Origin: an uncultured Gammaproteobacteria bacterium
GTDB taxonomy: Bacteria > Pseudomonadota > Gammaproteobacteria > Steroidobacterales > Steroidobacteraceae
Direction of reading: 5' to 3'
Assembly: GCA_963802645.1 (NCBI GenBank)
Contig: CAWDJK010000004.1
Location: 351,343 to 415,342, forward strand
Length of the DNA: 64,000 nt
The translations under genes were made by a program, and so were the position numbers. This document shows, piece after piece, positions 8,686 to 23,227 of this stretch (its first letter is position 1; each line of letters starts with the position of its first letter). A model generated the notes under the pieces. It was not told where the DNA came from and ran no database searches. It saw only the letters and a program-made list of their open reading frames with translations.

Positions 8686-10521
8686 GTGAACGTGCGGTCG
8701 TTCTTGGGGGGGCTGTGGCGCGGTCTCGACGGCCTGCGCAAAGTGCTGCACCTGCTCGTGCTGCTGGTGATCTTCGGCACCCTGTTTGGCGTGCTGCTGT
8801 CCGGCACGGCGCACATCCCGCCCAAGGCGGCCCTCCTCATCGAGCCTGACGGCGAGCTGGTCGAACAGCTTTCGGGCGACCCGGTCACGCGCGCCCTCGA
8901 AGCCGCCCGCGGCGACGGCCGCCACGAGACGCTGCTGTGGGATCTGACCGACGCGATCCACGCGGCGGCCGAGGACAGCCGCATCCAGGCCCTCGCTCTC
9001 GACTTCGACAAGTTCGAGGGCGGCACGCAGCCGACGCTGGAAGAGCTGGCGCACGCGATCCGCGATTTCCGCGCCACCGGCAAGAAAGTCATCGCCTACG
9101 GCAACGAGCTCGACCAGGAGAGCTACTACCTCGCGGCCCAGGCGGACGAGACCTACGTCGATCCGATGGGCTTCGTGCTGCTCGACGGCTACGACCGCTA
9201 TCGCATGTACTTCAAGGAAGTCCTCGACAAGCTCGGCGTCGACATCAACGTGTTTCGCGTCGGGGAGTTCAAGAGCGCGGTCGAGACCTACACGCGCACC
9301 AGCATGTCGCCCGAGGACCGCGAGGAGAGCCGCGCCTACCTCAATATCCTCTGGGCCACTTACCAGGACGCCGTGACCCAGGCGCGCAAGCTCGCGCCCG
9401 ATGCCGTCGAGAAATACGTCGCGACGCTCGCACAGAAGGTGCCCGCGGCCGGCGGCAACGCGGCGCGCGTGGCCGAGGAGGCCGGGCTCGTCACCGGCAT
9501 CAAGAATGACCTCGAGGTGGAGAAGCGCCTGATCGCCCTCGTCGGCGAGGACAAGTCCACCGGTTCCTTCCGCGCGGTGTCGGTGGCCGAGTACTCGAGC
9601 TACGCGCAGACGCAGAAAAAGCTGCACGCCGCCGGCAAGCCGCGCATCGGCGTGATCGTCGCCTCGGGCGATATCCTCGACGGCGAGCAGCCGCCTGGCA
9701 CCATCGGCGGCGATTCGACCGGCAAGCTGATCCGCGAGGCACGCCTCGATCCGGACGTGAAGGCCGTGGTGCTGCGGGTCGACAGCCCCGGCGGCAGCGT
9801 CACGGCCTCCGAGGAGATCTACCGCGAGCTGAAGGCGCTGCGCGCGGCCGGCAAGCCGCTCGTCGTCTCCATGAGCGGTTACGCGGCCTCGGGGGGCTAT
9901 TACATCTCGGCACCGGCGGATGAGATCTGGGCGAGCCCCACGACGCTCACCGGCTCCATCGGTATCTTCGCGGTCATTCCCACCATCGACCGCACGCTCG
10001 GCAAGATCGGCGTGGGGGTGGATGGCGTCGGTACGACGCCGCTCTCGGGTCAGCTGCGCATCGACCGGCCGCTCGGCGCCGAGGCGCGCGCGCTCCTGCA
10101 GTCGCAGATCGAGCGCGGCTACGATGAGTTCCTCGAGCGCGTCTCGACCGGGCGCAAGAAGAGCCGCGCCGACATCGACGCCATCGCGCAGGGTCACGTG
10201 TGGGCGGGGCTCGATGCGCGCCGCTTAGGGCTCGTCGATCATCTCGGCTCGTTCGATGAGGCGGTGAAGGCCGCCGCACGGCGCGCCAAACTCACCGAGT
10301 ATTCGACCGAGTTCATCGAGCCCGAGCTCACCTGGGTGCAGCAGCTGGTGCTCGCGTTCAAGACGCGCGCGGTGCGCGCGCTGCTTGCGGCGAGCCCCGA
10401 TCACGCGGCGCTCGCGCAGCTCGCGAGCCGGCTCGATCCCGTGACGCGCGAGGCCGCGCGCCTCGCCCGCTTCAGCGTGCCGAACCGCGTGTACGCCTAC
10501 TGCTTCTGCGAGGTCCGGTAA
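8686..10521 (+). CDS. sppA: signal peptide peptidase SppA, 67K type
   Basis: Two tandem S49 peptidase domains (SMSGYAASGGYYISAPADEIWA in the second) and an N-terminal TM segment. GTG start at 8686 is inferred. Confidence 0.8.
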   Translation: MNVRSFLGGLWRGLDGLRKVLHLLVLLVIFGTLFGVLLSGTAHIPPKAALLIEPDGELVEQLSGDPVTRALEAARGDGRHETLLWDLTDAIHAAAEDSRIQALALDFDKFEGGTQPTLEELAHAIRDFRATGKKVIAYGNELDQESYYLAAQADETYVDPMGFVLLDGYDRYRMYFKEVLDKLGVDINVFRVGEFKSAVETYTRTSMSPEDREESRAYLNILWATYQDAVTQARKLAPDAVEKYVATLAQKVPAAGGNAARVAEEAGLVTGIKNDLEVEKRLIALVGEDKSTGSFRAVSVAEYSSYAQTQKKLHAAGKPRIGVIVASGDILDGEQPPGTIGGDSTGKLIREARLDPDVKAVVLRVDSPGGSVTASEEIYRELKALRAAGKPLVVSMSGYAASGGYYISAPADEIWASPTTLTGSIGIFAVIPTIDRTLGKIGVGVDGVGTTPLSGQLRIDRPLGAEARALLQSQIERGYDEFLERVSTGRKKSRADIDAIAQGHVWAGLDARRLGLVDHLGSFDEAVKAAARRAKLTEYSTEFIEPELTWVQQLVLAFKTRAVRALLAASPDHAALAQLASRLDPVTREAARLARFSVPNRVYAYCFCEVR

Positions 10522-10599
10522 CCGTAGCTGGCTCAAGCCGGCCTGTTGCCCGGCGGGCCAAGGCCTGTGCGCCAGCCTTTCCAGGCGCGGCGCGCCAGT

Positions 10600-11631
10600 T
10601 TACAACGTGCTCCAGTCGAGAATGACTTTTCCCGACTTCCCCGATCCCATGGTCTCGAAGCCCTGTTTGAAGTCCTGGATCGGGAAGTGGTGGGTGATGA
10701 TCGGCTCGAGCTTCAGACCCGACTGCAGCATGCTCGCCATTTTGTACCAGGTCTCGAACATCTCGCGGCCGTAGATGCCCTTGAGCGTCAGGCCCTTGAA
10801 GATCACCTGATTCCAGTCGATCGCCATCTCGCCCGGCGGGATGCCGAGGATCGCCACCGAGCCGCCGTGGTGCATGGTGCGCAGCATCTCGCGGAACGCC
10901 GCGGCGTTGCCCGACATCTCGAGGCCGACGTCGAAACCTTCCTGCATCCCCAGGCTCTTCATGGTGTCCTCGAGCGACTCTCTGGTCACGTTGATGGCGC
11001 GGCTCGCGCCCATCCTGCGGGCGAGCTCGAGGCGGTAGTCGTTGACGTCGGTGACCACGACGTGGCGCGCGCCGGTGAAGCGCGCGATCGCGGTCGCCAT
11101 GATGCCGATGGGACCAGCGCCCGTGATCAGCACGTCCTCGCCCACCATGTTGAAGGCGAGCGCGGTGTGGGTGGCGTTGCCGAAGGGATCGAGGATCGAG
11201 GCGATGTCGTCCGGAATCGAATCGGGGAGCTTGAAGGTGTTGTCGGCCGGGATCGCCAGGAACTCGGCGAAGGCACCCGGGCGGTTGACGCCGACGCCGA
11301 CCGTGTTGCGGCACAGGTGGCGGCGTCCGGCGCGACAGTTACGGCAGTAACCGCAGGTGATGTGTCCCTCGCCCGAGACGCGGTCGCCGGCTTTCAGTCC
11401 CTTGACCTCGGAGCCCACCTCGACGATGCGCCCACAGTACTCGTGCCCGACGGCCATCGGCACCGGGATGGTCTTCTGCGCCCACTCGTCCCAGTTGTAG
11501 ATGTGCATGTCGGTGCCGCAGATCGCGGTCTTGGCGATCTCGATCAGCACGTCGTTGTGCCCGACCTTGGGCTCGGGGATGTCCTCGAGCCAGATGCCGG
11601 GGGCGGCCTGCTGCTTGACGAGTGCTTTCAT
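10600..11631 (-). CDS. tdh: L-threonine 3-dehydrogenase
   Basis: MKALVK...[16 protein letters not shown]...GHEY, a zinc-ADH fold of 343 aa. Sits downstream of kbl as in the kbl-tdh operon. Confidence 0.92.
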   Translation of the reverse strand: MKALVKQQAAPGIWLEDIPEPKVGHNDVLIEIAKTAICGTDMHIYNWDEWAQKTIPVPMAVGHEYCGRIVEVGSEVKGLKAGDRVSGEGHITCGYCRNCRAGRRHLCRNTVGVGVNRPGAFAEFLAIPADNTFKLPDSIPDDIASILDPFGNATHTALAFNMVGEDVLITGAGPIGIMATAIARFTGARHVVVTDVNDYRLELARRMGASRAINVTRESLEDTMKSLGMQEGFDVGLEMSGNAAAFREMLRTMHHGGSVAILGIPPGEMAIDWNQVIFKGLTLKGIYGREMFETWYKMASMLQSGLKLEPIITHHFPIQDFKQGFETMGSGKSGKVILDWSTL

Positions 11632-11687
11632 GGGCTGCTCACGAATATGGCGACTGACGGGGGGTGCTTCAACGGGCCGCTTGGCTA

Positions 11688-12881
11688 TCAGGCGCGCAGT
11701 ACGCCGAGCTCGCGGCCCACCTCGGTGAAGGCCGCCACGGCGCGCTCGAGCTGCGGCCGCGTGAGTGCGGCCGACATCTGCGTGCGGATGCGTGCCTGGC
11801 CTTTGGGCACCACGGGGAAGGAGAAGCCGATGACGTACACGCCGTGCGCGAGCAGGCGCGTCCGCCATGCGTGTCGCGAGCGCCGCATCGCCCAGCATGA
11901 CGGGGATGATCGGATGCTCGCCGGGCTTCAAATCGAAGCCGGCCTGCGTCATGGCGGCGCGGAAGTAGCGCGCATTCTCCATGAGCTGCTCGCGCAGCTC
12001 GCCGCCGCCCTCGAGGAGGTCGAGGACCGCGAGGCGACGCCGCCGCGACCACCGGCGGGATGCTGTTGGAGAAGAGATAGGGGCGCGAGCGCTGGCGCAG
12101 CCATTCGATGATCTCGCGCCGCGCGGCGATGTAGCCGCCGCTCGCGCCGCCTAGGGCCTTGCCGAGCGTGCCGGTGAGGATGTCGACGCGGGCCAGCGAC
12201 GCCGCAGTGCTCGTGCGTGCCGCGCCCGGTGGCGCCCATGAAGCCGATGGCGTGCGAGTCATCGACCATGACGAGGGCGTCGTAGCGGTCGGCGAGATCG
12301 CAGATACCGCGCAGGTTCGCGATGAAGCCGTCCATGGAGAAGACGCCGTCGGTGGCGATGAGGCGGGTGCGCGCGCCCTGTGCCTGGCGCAGACAGCTCT
12401 CGAGCTCGGCCATGTCGTTGTTGGCGTAGCGGAAGCGCTGCGCTTTGCACAGGCGTATGCCGTCGATGATGCTCGCGTGGTTGAGCGCATCCGAGATCAC
12501 GGCGTCGCGCTCATCGAGCAGCGTCTCGAACAGGCCGCCGTTGGCGTCGAAGCACGAGGAGTAGAGGATCGTGTCCTCGGTACCGAGGAAGCGCGCCAGG
12601 CGCGCCTCGAGCTCCTTGTGGACCTGCTGGGTGCCGCAGATGAAGCGCACCGAGGCCATGCCGTAGCCGAAGGCGTCGAGCGACCGCTGCGCCGCGGCGC
12701 GCACCGCCGGGTGGTTGGCGAGGCCGAGGTAGTTGTTGGCGCAGAGGTTGATGACCTCGCGGCCGCCGGTGCGTACCAGGTCGCCCTGGGGGCCGGCGAG
12801 CACCCGCTCGCTCTTGTAGAGACCCTGCTCGCGCAGCGCCGCGAGATCCCCGCGCAGGCGGTCACTAAAGGGCTGATTCAT
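11688..12881 (-). pseudogene. kbl: 2-amino-3-ketobutyrate CoA ligase (glycine C-acetyltransferase), frame-broken three times near the 3' end
   Basis: Conserved Kbl sequence is split over four reading-frame pieces (...[16 protein letters not shown] | [17 protein letters not shown]...PPVVAAAS | ...[16 protein letters not shown]...PVMLGD | [25 protein letters not shown]...). Breaks at about 12190, 12033 and 11870. Confidence 0.85.
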
Positions 12882-12906
12882 GAGGCGCAATTATACTGTA
12901 GCCCTC

Positions 12907-13311
12907 ATGCAGGATGAGTCCATCGGCGGCCCCGGGGCCGCGCGCATCGACCGCTGGCTGTTCGCGGTGCGCCTGTTCAAGTCACGGGCACTGGCCGCGC
13001 AGGCGGTGGCCGGCGGGCGGGTGCACCTGAACGGCGAACGCGTCAAGCCCGCCCACGAGGTGCGCCCCGGCGATCGGATGACCCTGGTGCGCGGGACGCT
13101 CGAGTTCGAGTGCGTGGTAGTGTCCATCCCGTCGCGCCGCGGGCCCGCCGTCGCGGCGGCGCAGTGCTACGCGGAGTCGGCGGCGAGCATCGCCCGAGGC
13201 GCCGAGTTTGCCCGGCGGATGAAGCTGGCGGCCGCCCTGACGCCCAGGCCCGCGGAACGGCCGGACAAGCACGCGCGGCGCCAGCTGCGCCGGCTCCGGG
13301 GTCGCATTTGA
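12907..13311 (+). CDS. hslR: ribosome-associated heat shock protein Hsp15 (S4 RNA-binding domain)
   Basis: RIDRWLFAVRLFKSRALAAQAVAGGRVHLNGERVKP and the C-terminal RPDKHARRQLRRLRG resemble E. coli Hsp15. Confidence 0.7.
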   Translation: MQDESIGGPGAARIDRWLFAVRLFKSRALAAQAVAGGRVHLNGERVKPAHEVRPGDRMTLVRGTLEFECVVVSIPSRRGPAVAAAQCYAESAASIARGAEFARRMKLAAALTPRPAERPDKHARRQLRRLRGRI

Positions 13312-13419
13312 GTCGTCCGCGGTCGCCGCAAAGCATGTGGCGGCCCCGACGGCGTTGCAGACTGGAGCGGCGGGCGCCGTTCGGTTGAGCTACGCTCCGT
13401 CCCGCCGAGGTTCGCGCTC

Positions 13420-14787
13420 ATGACCCTAAGCGTCTTTGATATCTTCAAGGTCGGCATCGGACCTTCGAGCTCGCATACCATGGGTCCGATGCGGGCGGCG
13501 CGCGAGTTCGTGCTGTCCCTCAAGGACGCCGGCCAGCTCGCCGCGACGCAGCAGATCGCCGTGCGCCTCTACGGCTCACTCGCCCTGACCGGTTTGGGCC
13601 ACGGTACCGACCGCGCCGTGCTCGCGGGCCTCGAGGGCGCCGAGCCCGAGAGCGTCGACCCCGACGGCATCGAGACCACGGTGCAGCGCATCCGCTCGAG
13701 CGGGCGTATCCGGCTCCTCGGCGAGCACGAGATCGCCTTCGACGAGCCGATGCAGCTGCTTTTCATGAACCACGAGCGGCTGCCGCGCCATTCCAACGGC
13801 ATGCGCTTCGATGCGCTCGGCGAGGGCACCGCGGTGCTGCGCGAGGAGGATTACTACTCCATCGGCGGCGGCTTCATCGTGCGGGGAAATGAGTCCGAGG
13901 CGCGCGAGACCAGCACGCATGCGGCGCCGCCGTATCCGTTCACCTCCGGCGAAGAGCTGCTCGCGCGCTGCCGCGAGCACGGGCTCGAGATCTTCGAGCT
14001 GATGCTCGCGAACGAGCGCACCTGGGCGAGCGAGGCCGAGATACGCGCCAGGCTGCTGCACATCTGGAAGGTGATGCAGGGCTGTGTCGAGCGCGGCTTC
14101 CGCCAGACCGGGGTGCTGCCGGGTGTGCTCAAAGTCCGCCGCCGGGCGCCGCGTCTCTACCGTCAGCTCACCGAGGGCGGCAACGCCGGGCCCCTCGACG
14201 TCATGGACTGGGTGAATGCGTTCGCGCTCGCGGTGAATGAGGAGAACGCGGCCGGCGGGCGCGTCGTGACCGCCCCTACCAACGGCGCCGCCGGCATCGT
14301 GCCCGCGGTGCTGCACTACTACCGGCGCTTCGAGGCCGGCGCGAACGAGGAGGGCGTGTTGCGCTTCCTGCTCGTGGCCGCCGCCATGGGCATGCTCTAC
14401 AAACGTAACGCCTCGATCTCGGGGGCCGAGATGGGCTGCCAGGGTGAGGTCGGGGTTGCCTGCTCGATGGCGGCTGCGGGCCTCGTGGCCGCGCTCCACG
14501 GCACCAACGAGCAGGTGGAGAACGCCGCCGAGATCGGCATGGAGCACAACCTGGGTCTCACCTGCGATCCGGTGGCGGGCCTGGTGCAGATTCCCTGCAT
14601 CGAGCGCAACGCCATGGGCTCGGTCAAGGCGATCAATGCCGCGCGCCTCGCCATGCGCGGCGACGGCACCCACAAGGTGTCGCTCGACCAGGTGATTGCC
14701 ACCATGCGGCAGACGGGCGAGGACATGTCGACCATCTACAAGGAAACGTCCCAGGGCGGACTCGCCGTCAACGTACCCGAGTGCTGA
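13420..14787 (+). CDS. sdaA: L-serine ammonia-lyase (iron-sulfur dependent, single chain)
   Basis: [25 protein letters not shown]-terminus, 455 aa, with conserved CxxxxC/GLTCDP motifs in the alpha domain. Confidence 0.92.
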   Translation: MTLSVFDIFKVGIGPSSSHTMGPMRAAREFVLSLKDAGQLAATQQIAVRLYGSLALTGLGHGTDRAVLAGLEGAEPESVDPDGIETTVQRIRSSGRIRLLGEHEIAFDEPMQLLFMNHERLPRHSNGMRFDALGEGTAVLREEDYYSIGGGFIVRGNESEARETSTHAAPPYPFTSGEELLARCREHGLEIFELMLANERTWASEAEIRARLLHIWKVMQGCVERGFRQTGVLPGVLKVRRRAPRLYRQLTEGGNAGPLDVMDWVNAFALAVNEENAAGGRVVTAPTNGAAGIVPAVLHYYRRFEAGANEEGVLRFLLVAAAMGMLYKRNASISGAEMGCQGEVGVACSMAAAGLVAALHGTNEQVENAAEIGMEHNLGLTCDPVAGLVQIPCIERNAMGSVKAINAARLAMRGDGTHKVSLDQVIATMRQTGEDMSTIYKETSQGGLAVNVPEC

Positions 14788-14818
14788 CAGGCCCCAACCG
14801 GCCTGCTGAACGTGCTGC

Positions 14819-14859
14819 GATTGGCCTGCCGAAGGCGCCGGAGGCGCTTTCAGCCAATC
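14819..14859. terminator. long imperfect hairpin in the convergent sdaA/sixA-like spacer (candidate bidirectional terminator)
   Basis: GATTGGC-CTGCCGAAGGCGCC-GGA-GGCGCTTTCA-GCCAATC inverted repeat that overlaps the stop codon of the minus-strand gene. Confidence 0.4.
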
Positions 14860-15362
14860 AATCCCCAGAGCCGCGACGGCGGCGCCTGGTGGTGCACTTC
14901 CTTCACGTGCTCGGGGCCGATCGAGCGCCAGTCCTGCGTCTCGAACACGATCGAGCAGAGCGCCGCGGTGGTGAGCGTGCTGATGCCGCCCTGCGGTACC
15001 AGCAGATGAATGAGATCCGAAGCGCCGGGGTTGTGCGCGATCACCATGAGATGCGCGATACGCGGCCCGGTGTCGCGGATGAGCTGCAGCATGTCGGCGG
15101 CACTCGCGAGGTAGAGGGCCTCCTCGCGCTGCACATGCCGCACCGAGAGCGCGAGCTCGCGCGCGACGATGTCGGCGGTCTGCTCGGCGCGCCGCGCGGT
15201 GCTCGCGAGCAGCCGATCGGGCACCAGCTCGAGCTCGAGCAGCCGCTTGGCCATCGCTTCCGCTCCCGTGAGCCCGCGGCGATTGAGCGGGCGCGCGAAG
15301 TCCCCGGCCGCGTGGTCCTTCCAGCGGGCGTCGGCGTGGCGCATGACGGTGAGGCGCTTCAT
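14850..15362 (-). CDS. histidine phosphatase family protein (SixA-like phosphohistidine phosphatase)
   Basis: MKRLTVMRHADA... RHG-type catalytic motif, RAEQTA and AHNPG motifs. Start at an internal Met. Confidence 0.7.
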   Translation of the reverse strand: MKRLTVMRHADARWKDHAAGDFARPLNRRGLTGAEAMAKRLLELELVPDRLLASTARRAEQTADIVARELALSVRHVQREEALYLASAADMLQLIRDTGPRIAHLMVIAHNPGASDLIHLLVPQGGISTLTTAALCSIVFETQDWRSIGPEHVKEVHHQAPPSRLWGLIG

Positions 15363-15369
15363 GCGCGTC

Positions 15370-15735
15370 TCAGGCAGGGCTCTCGACGAGAATACGGCCG
15401 TCCACCTCGCGCGCGGCATAGGTGCGTACCGGCTCGTAGGCGGGCGGGGTGAGCGCGTCCCCGGTGCGCAGGTCGAAGCGCGCGCCGTGGCGTGGACAAA
15501 TGAGCTCGCAAGACTCCACCTGGGCACCGGAGAAGGATTCGCCGTCGTGTGTGCAACGGTCTTCTACTGCGTACAGCTCGCGCCCGCAGCGTACGACAAC
15601 CACCGCCACGCCGTCGACCTCGGCCGGGAGCGGTACGCTCTCGCCGAGCTCGCTGGCCGGGCCGATGTCGATCCAGCCGCTCAGAACATCCCCGTCTGCA
15701 GGCGCGCCGCCTCCGACATCATGGACTGGCTCCAC
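15370..15735 (-). CDS. Rieske (2Fe-2S) domain protein, last gene of the suf cluster
   Basis: CTHDGESF...CPRHGARFDLRTG are the Rieske CxH...CxxH ligands. The ATG at 15735 would overlap sufT by 55 nt, so the true start is uncertain. Confidence 0.7.
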   Translation of the reverse strand: MEPVHDVGGGAPADGDVLSGWIDIGPASELGESVPLPAEVDGVAVVVVRCGRELYAVEDRCTHDGESFSGAQVESCELICPRHGARFDLRTGDALTPPAYEPVRTYAAREVDGRILVESPA

Positions 15736-16232
15736 GGCGGGTCGAAGGTCAGGCTGACGCGCGCTTCGCGCACCGTCGGAATACGCGTGAGCTTGTCGCG
15801 CACATCCTCGACCAGGATGTCGCCCATGCCGCAGCCGGGCGCGGTGAGGGTGATCTGCGCATCCACCGTGTACGTGCCGTCGTCGTTCTCATGCACGTCG
15901 CATTCATACACGAGTCCGAGATCGACGATGTTGATCGGTATCTCAGGGTCGTAACAGCTGCGCATCTGTTCCCAGGCGAGCTTGCGCACGTCCTCGACGG
16001 TGGCGTTCGGCGGCAGCTCGGGCGCCTTGACCGCCTCCTGTCCGATGGCATCGGCGTCCTCGCCGGCGATCCGGAACAGGTTTCCCTCGAGATAGACCGT
16101 GAAGCTGCCCCCGAGCGCCTGAGTGATGTAGCCCGCCTGGCCGGGCTTCAGGTGCACTTCCTGCCCGGCCGGGACGATCACCGCGCGCACCTCGCGGTTG
16201 ACCACGAACGGCTCGTTCTCGTGCCGGCGCAT
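15681..16232 (-). CDS. sufT: SUF system Fe-S assembly protein SufT (DUF59 family)
   Basis: 183 aa with a C-terminal DUF59 core (YDPEIPINIVDLGLVY...TLTAPGCGMG) and suf operon context. Confidence 0.75.
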   Translation of the reverse strand: MRRHENEPFVVNREVRAVIVPAGQEVHLKPGQAGYITQALGGSFTVYLEGNLFRIAGEDADAIGQEAVKAPELPPNATVEDVRKLAWEQMRSCYDPEIPINIVDLGLVYECDVHENDDGTYTVDAQITLTAPGCGMGDILVEDVRDKLTRIPTVREARVSLTFDPPWSQSMMSEAARLQTGMF

Positions 16233-16235
16233 GCG

Positions 16236-16684
<449 letters not shown>

Positions 16685-16685
<1 letters not shown>

Positions 16686-17944
16686 CAGGCGAACACCTCG
16701 CGTGCCCGGGCGACCGCGGCGATGAAGCGCGTCACGTCCTCCTCGGTGCTGTAGCAGCCGAAGGAGGCGCGCGCGGTGGCCGGAATGCCGAAGAAGGTCA
16801 TGACCGGCATGGCGCAGTGGTGCCCGGTGCGCACGGCGACGCCTTCGGTGTCGAGGATGGTGCCTAAGTCATGAGCGTGGACTCCGGCGAGCGTGAACGA
16901 GAGCACCGAGGCCTTGTGCGCCGCCGTACCGACGAGCGTGATACCCGGCAGCCGCGCGAGCTCCTCGGTCGCGAGCTTGAGCAGCCGGGACTCGTGTGCC
17001 GCCACAGCCTCGATGCCGAGCCCCTCGAGATAATCCATCGCCGCCGCAAGCCCTATGGCGCCCGAGATGTTAGGGGTGCCCGCCTCGAATCTCCACGGCA
17101 GCTCGTTCCAGGTGCTTTTTTCGAAGGACACCGTGAGGATCATGTCACCGCCCCCCTGCCACGGCGGCATCGCGCCGAGCAGCTCCTCGCGCGCGTACAG
17201 CACGCCGATCCCGGTGGGCGCATACATCTTGTGACCCGAGAAGGCATAGAAGTCCGCGCCGAGCGCGCGCACGTCGACGCGCGTGTGCGGCACTGCCTGG
17301 GCACCGTCGACCAGCACCACGGCTCCCTGCGCGTGCGCGGCGTCCACGATGCGCTTCACCGGCAGCACCGTGCCGAGCGCGTTGGAGACGTGCGCGATCG
17401 CCACCAGGCGGGTGCGCGGGGTGAGCAGCTGCGCGAATTCCTCGTAGATGAGCTCGCCACGGCGGTTGATCGGCGCCACTTTGAGCGTGCAGCCGGTCTG
17501 CTCGCACACCATCTGCCAGGGGACGATGTTGGCGTGGTGCTCGAGTGCGGTGATGAGGATCTCATCCCCCGGACCGAAGCGCGGCCGTGCGTAGGACTGC
17601 GCCACGAGGTTGACGGCCTCGGTGGTGCCGCGTACGAACACGATCTCGCGCGTCGAGCGCGCGTTGACGAAGCGCCGCACCCGCTCGCGCGCGCCCTCGA
17701 AGGCGGCGGTCGCCGCCTGGCTGAGCGCGTGCACGCCGCGGTGCACATTGGCGTGCGAATGAGTGGCGTAGTCCTCGACCGCGCGCAGCACCGGCAACGG
17801 CTGCTGCGCGGAGGCGGCGCTGTCGAGGTATACGAGCGGATGGCCGTTCACCTGCGTCGCCAGGATCGGAAAATCGCGCCGCACGCGCGCCGCGTCGTAG
17901 GCCGGCGCGGGCGCAGGGGTGAGGATCGAGGCGTCGGCGGCCAT
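16685..17944 (-). CDS. sufS: cysteine desulfurase SufS
   Basis: MAADAS...FPIL...VYLDSAASAQ...HANVHRG...SGHKMYAPTGIGVLY...RTGHHCA. ATGA start/stop overlap with sufD at 17944. In the ORF track it is artificially fused to the sufD N-terminus. Confidence 0.9.
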
Positions 17945-19261
17945 CACAGGAGCTCCCGGAGTGCGGCACCGTCGTGCATCTGCCCGGCGAGGCGCGTCTC
18001 GATCTGCCGCCGCAGCTCCGGCGGCTCGAGGCGCGCGACCACGTCGCCGAGGAACGCCCACTTGAGCGCCCGCAGCGCGGCCTCGCGCTCCAGGCCGCGG
18101 GAGAGCAGATAGAACAGCATGTGGTCGTCGAGCTTGCCGGCGGTCGCGCCGTGGCTGGCGCTCACCTCGTCGGTGTAGATCTCGAGCTGCGGCCGCACGT
18201 CGATCTCGGCCTCGGGGCCGGCCAGGAGCCCGCGCAGCGACTGGCGGGAATCGCTGCCGCGCGCCTCGCGCGCGACCACCATCTTGCCGTTGAAGGCGAC
18301 CCGCGCGCGTCCCGCGGCGATGCCGCGGAAGGTCTCCTCGGTGCGGGCGTTCGGGCGCCAGGTGCTCGACGATCGCATACGTGTCCTGCACCTGCTGGCG
18401 GTCGCCGAGGCTCGCCGCCGCGAGCGTGAGCTCGGCGCGCTCGCCGGCGAGGCGCACGCGCAGCGTCGAGCGCGCCGCGTGCGCCCCGCTGCCGATGGCG
18501 TGCAGCCGATAGTGCGCGTCCGCGGCGAGCGTGGCGCTGAGTGAGTCGAAGAGGATCGCCCGGGAGCCGAGCTCCTGCAGGCGGTAGTGCTCGAGCGCCG
18601 CGCCGCGGGCGACCTCGACACCGATCGCGCTTGCCACGAAGCTCGCGCCGTCCGCCGCGCTCAGGTGGCGCTCGATGAGGGTGAGCCGGGCACCGGGCTC
18701 GAGGCGCAGCTCCACCCGCGGGTAGGAGGCGCCGGCCTCAGCCGCGGCGCTGGCGGCGAACAGGAGCTCGATGCGAGGGATCTGCGCCGTCGTCGGCGGC
18801 ACGGTGATCGATGCGCCATCGGTCGCGAACGCCGCGTTGAGAAGCGCGAAACGCTCATCCCGGCTGGCGTGTTCGCTGGAGCCGGCTCCGGCCTCACTCT
18901 CGAAGACCGCAAGCGGCAGGATGCGTGCAGGGCTCGCCCCGAGCGCATCCGAGAGGGCCGGCGCGAAGTTACCGTCGATGAACACATAGCGCGCGAAACC
19001 GGGGAGGCGCTCCGGCAGCGGCACGGCGGGCGCGGCGGCAGCTGGGGGACGCGAGTTGAGCGGCGCAGGCGTGAAGCGCTGGCGCTCGAGCGGGCGCAGG
19101 TTCGCGTACTTCCAGTTCTCATCGCGCGCGCCGGGAAGACCCGCCGTGGCGAGCGCCTCCATGGCGGCGCGGCGCCGCGCGCCACCGGCGAGCTGCGGCG
19201 GCAATGCCCCGAGGGTGTGCGCGTGCTCCGCGGCGATCCGGGCGGTGAGGGGAGTGCTCAT
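17944..19261 (-). pseudogene. sufD: Fe-S cluster assembly protein SufD, one frame break at about 18355
   Basis: The N-terminal 300 aa lie in the frame of the 858-aa ORF up to ...DTYAIVEHLAP. The C-terminus (NARTEETFRGI...FNGKMVV...EIYTDEVSASHGATAGKLD...) lies in ORF 17944..18621. Confidence 0.85.
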
Positions 19262-19267
19262 GGCGAC

Positions 19268-20032
<765 letters not shown>

Positions 20033-20033
20033 G

Positions 20034-22562
<2,529 letters not shown>

Positions 22563-22564
22563 CT

Positions 22565-23038
22565 TCAGCGCGCCGGCACGCGGCCGGCCGCGGCCTTCAT
22601 CTCGCGCTCGAGGGCGGGGAGGCGCGCCGGGGCGGCATCGATACCGGCGAGCTGCGCGAGGGTCACGTCGTAGAGGGCGCGACGGATGGCGAGATTCAGC
22701 CGCTGCCAGACGCGGCTCACGCGGCAGCTGTCCTCGATCTCGCAGTTGCCGTGGCCCGCGGCGCAGTCGGTGAGCGCCATCGGCCCCTCGAGCGCATCCA
22801 GAATCGTCGCGGCGCTGATCTGGGCGGGCGGACGCGACAGCTGGTAGCCGCCGTGCAGGCCGCGGGTCGAAGTCACGAGCCCGGCGCGCTGCAGTTGCTT
22901 CAGGAGCTTGCTCACCGTGGGTGCGGCGATGTGCGTCTCATCGGCGAGCGCGGTGGCGGTGCGCACGCGTCCCGGCTCGCCGGCGAGCGCGGCGAGGAGC
23001 ACGGTGGCGTAGTCGGTGAGCCGGCTGATCCGCAGCAT
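22565..23038 (-). CDS. Rrf2-family SUF system Fe-S cluster assembly regulator
   Basis: MLRISRLTDYA... wHTH N-terminus and a Cys cluster CAAGHGNCEIEDSC. It is the first gene of the suf operon. Confidence 0.8.
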   Translation of the reverse strand: MLRISRLTDYATVLLAALAGEPGRVRTATALADETHIAAPTVSKLLKQLQRAGLVTSTRGLHGGYQLSRPPAQISAATILDALEGPMALTDCAAGHGNCEIEDSCRVSRVWQRLNLAIRRALYDVTLAQLAGIDAAPARLPALEREMKAAAGRVPAR

Positions 23039-23057
23039 GGAGGCACCCTCCTGAAAC

Positions 23058-23076
23058 TAGGACTATTTTAGTACTA
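23058..23076. promoter_or_regulatory. candidate Rrf2 operator (inverted repeat TAGGACTA-TTT-TAGTACTA)
   Basis: AT-rich near-perfect palindrome 20-38 nt upstream of the regulator's start codon, the only such element in the suf leader. Confidence 0.35.
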
Positions 23077-23227
23077 ATTGCCCGTGGAACCAAGCGCGGG
23101 GGTGCATATCCCGAGCCGGCGCGGGGTCCGACTTTGCTATCCTTGGGACCCCGGTTTTCGTCGGTTTGCGATGACGATAGCACCGCGTTCTGCGGTCGGA
23201 CACGTCGGTCGCCTTAAGGAGTGGACG

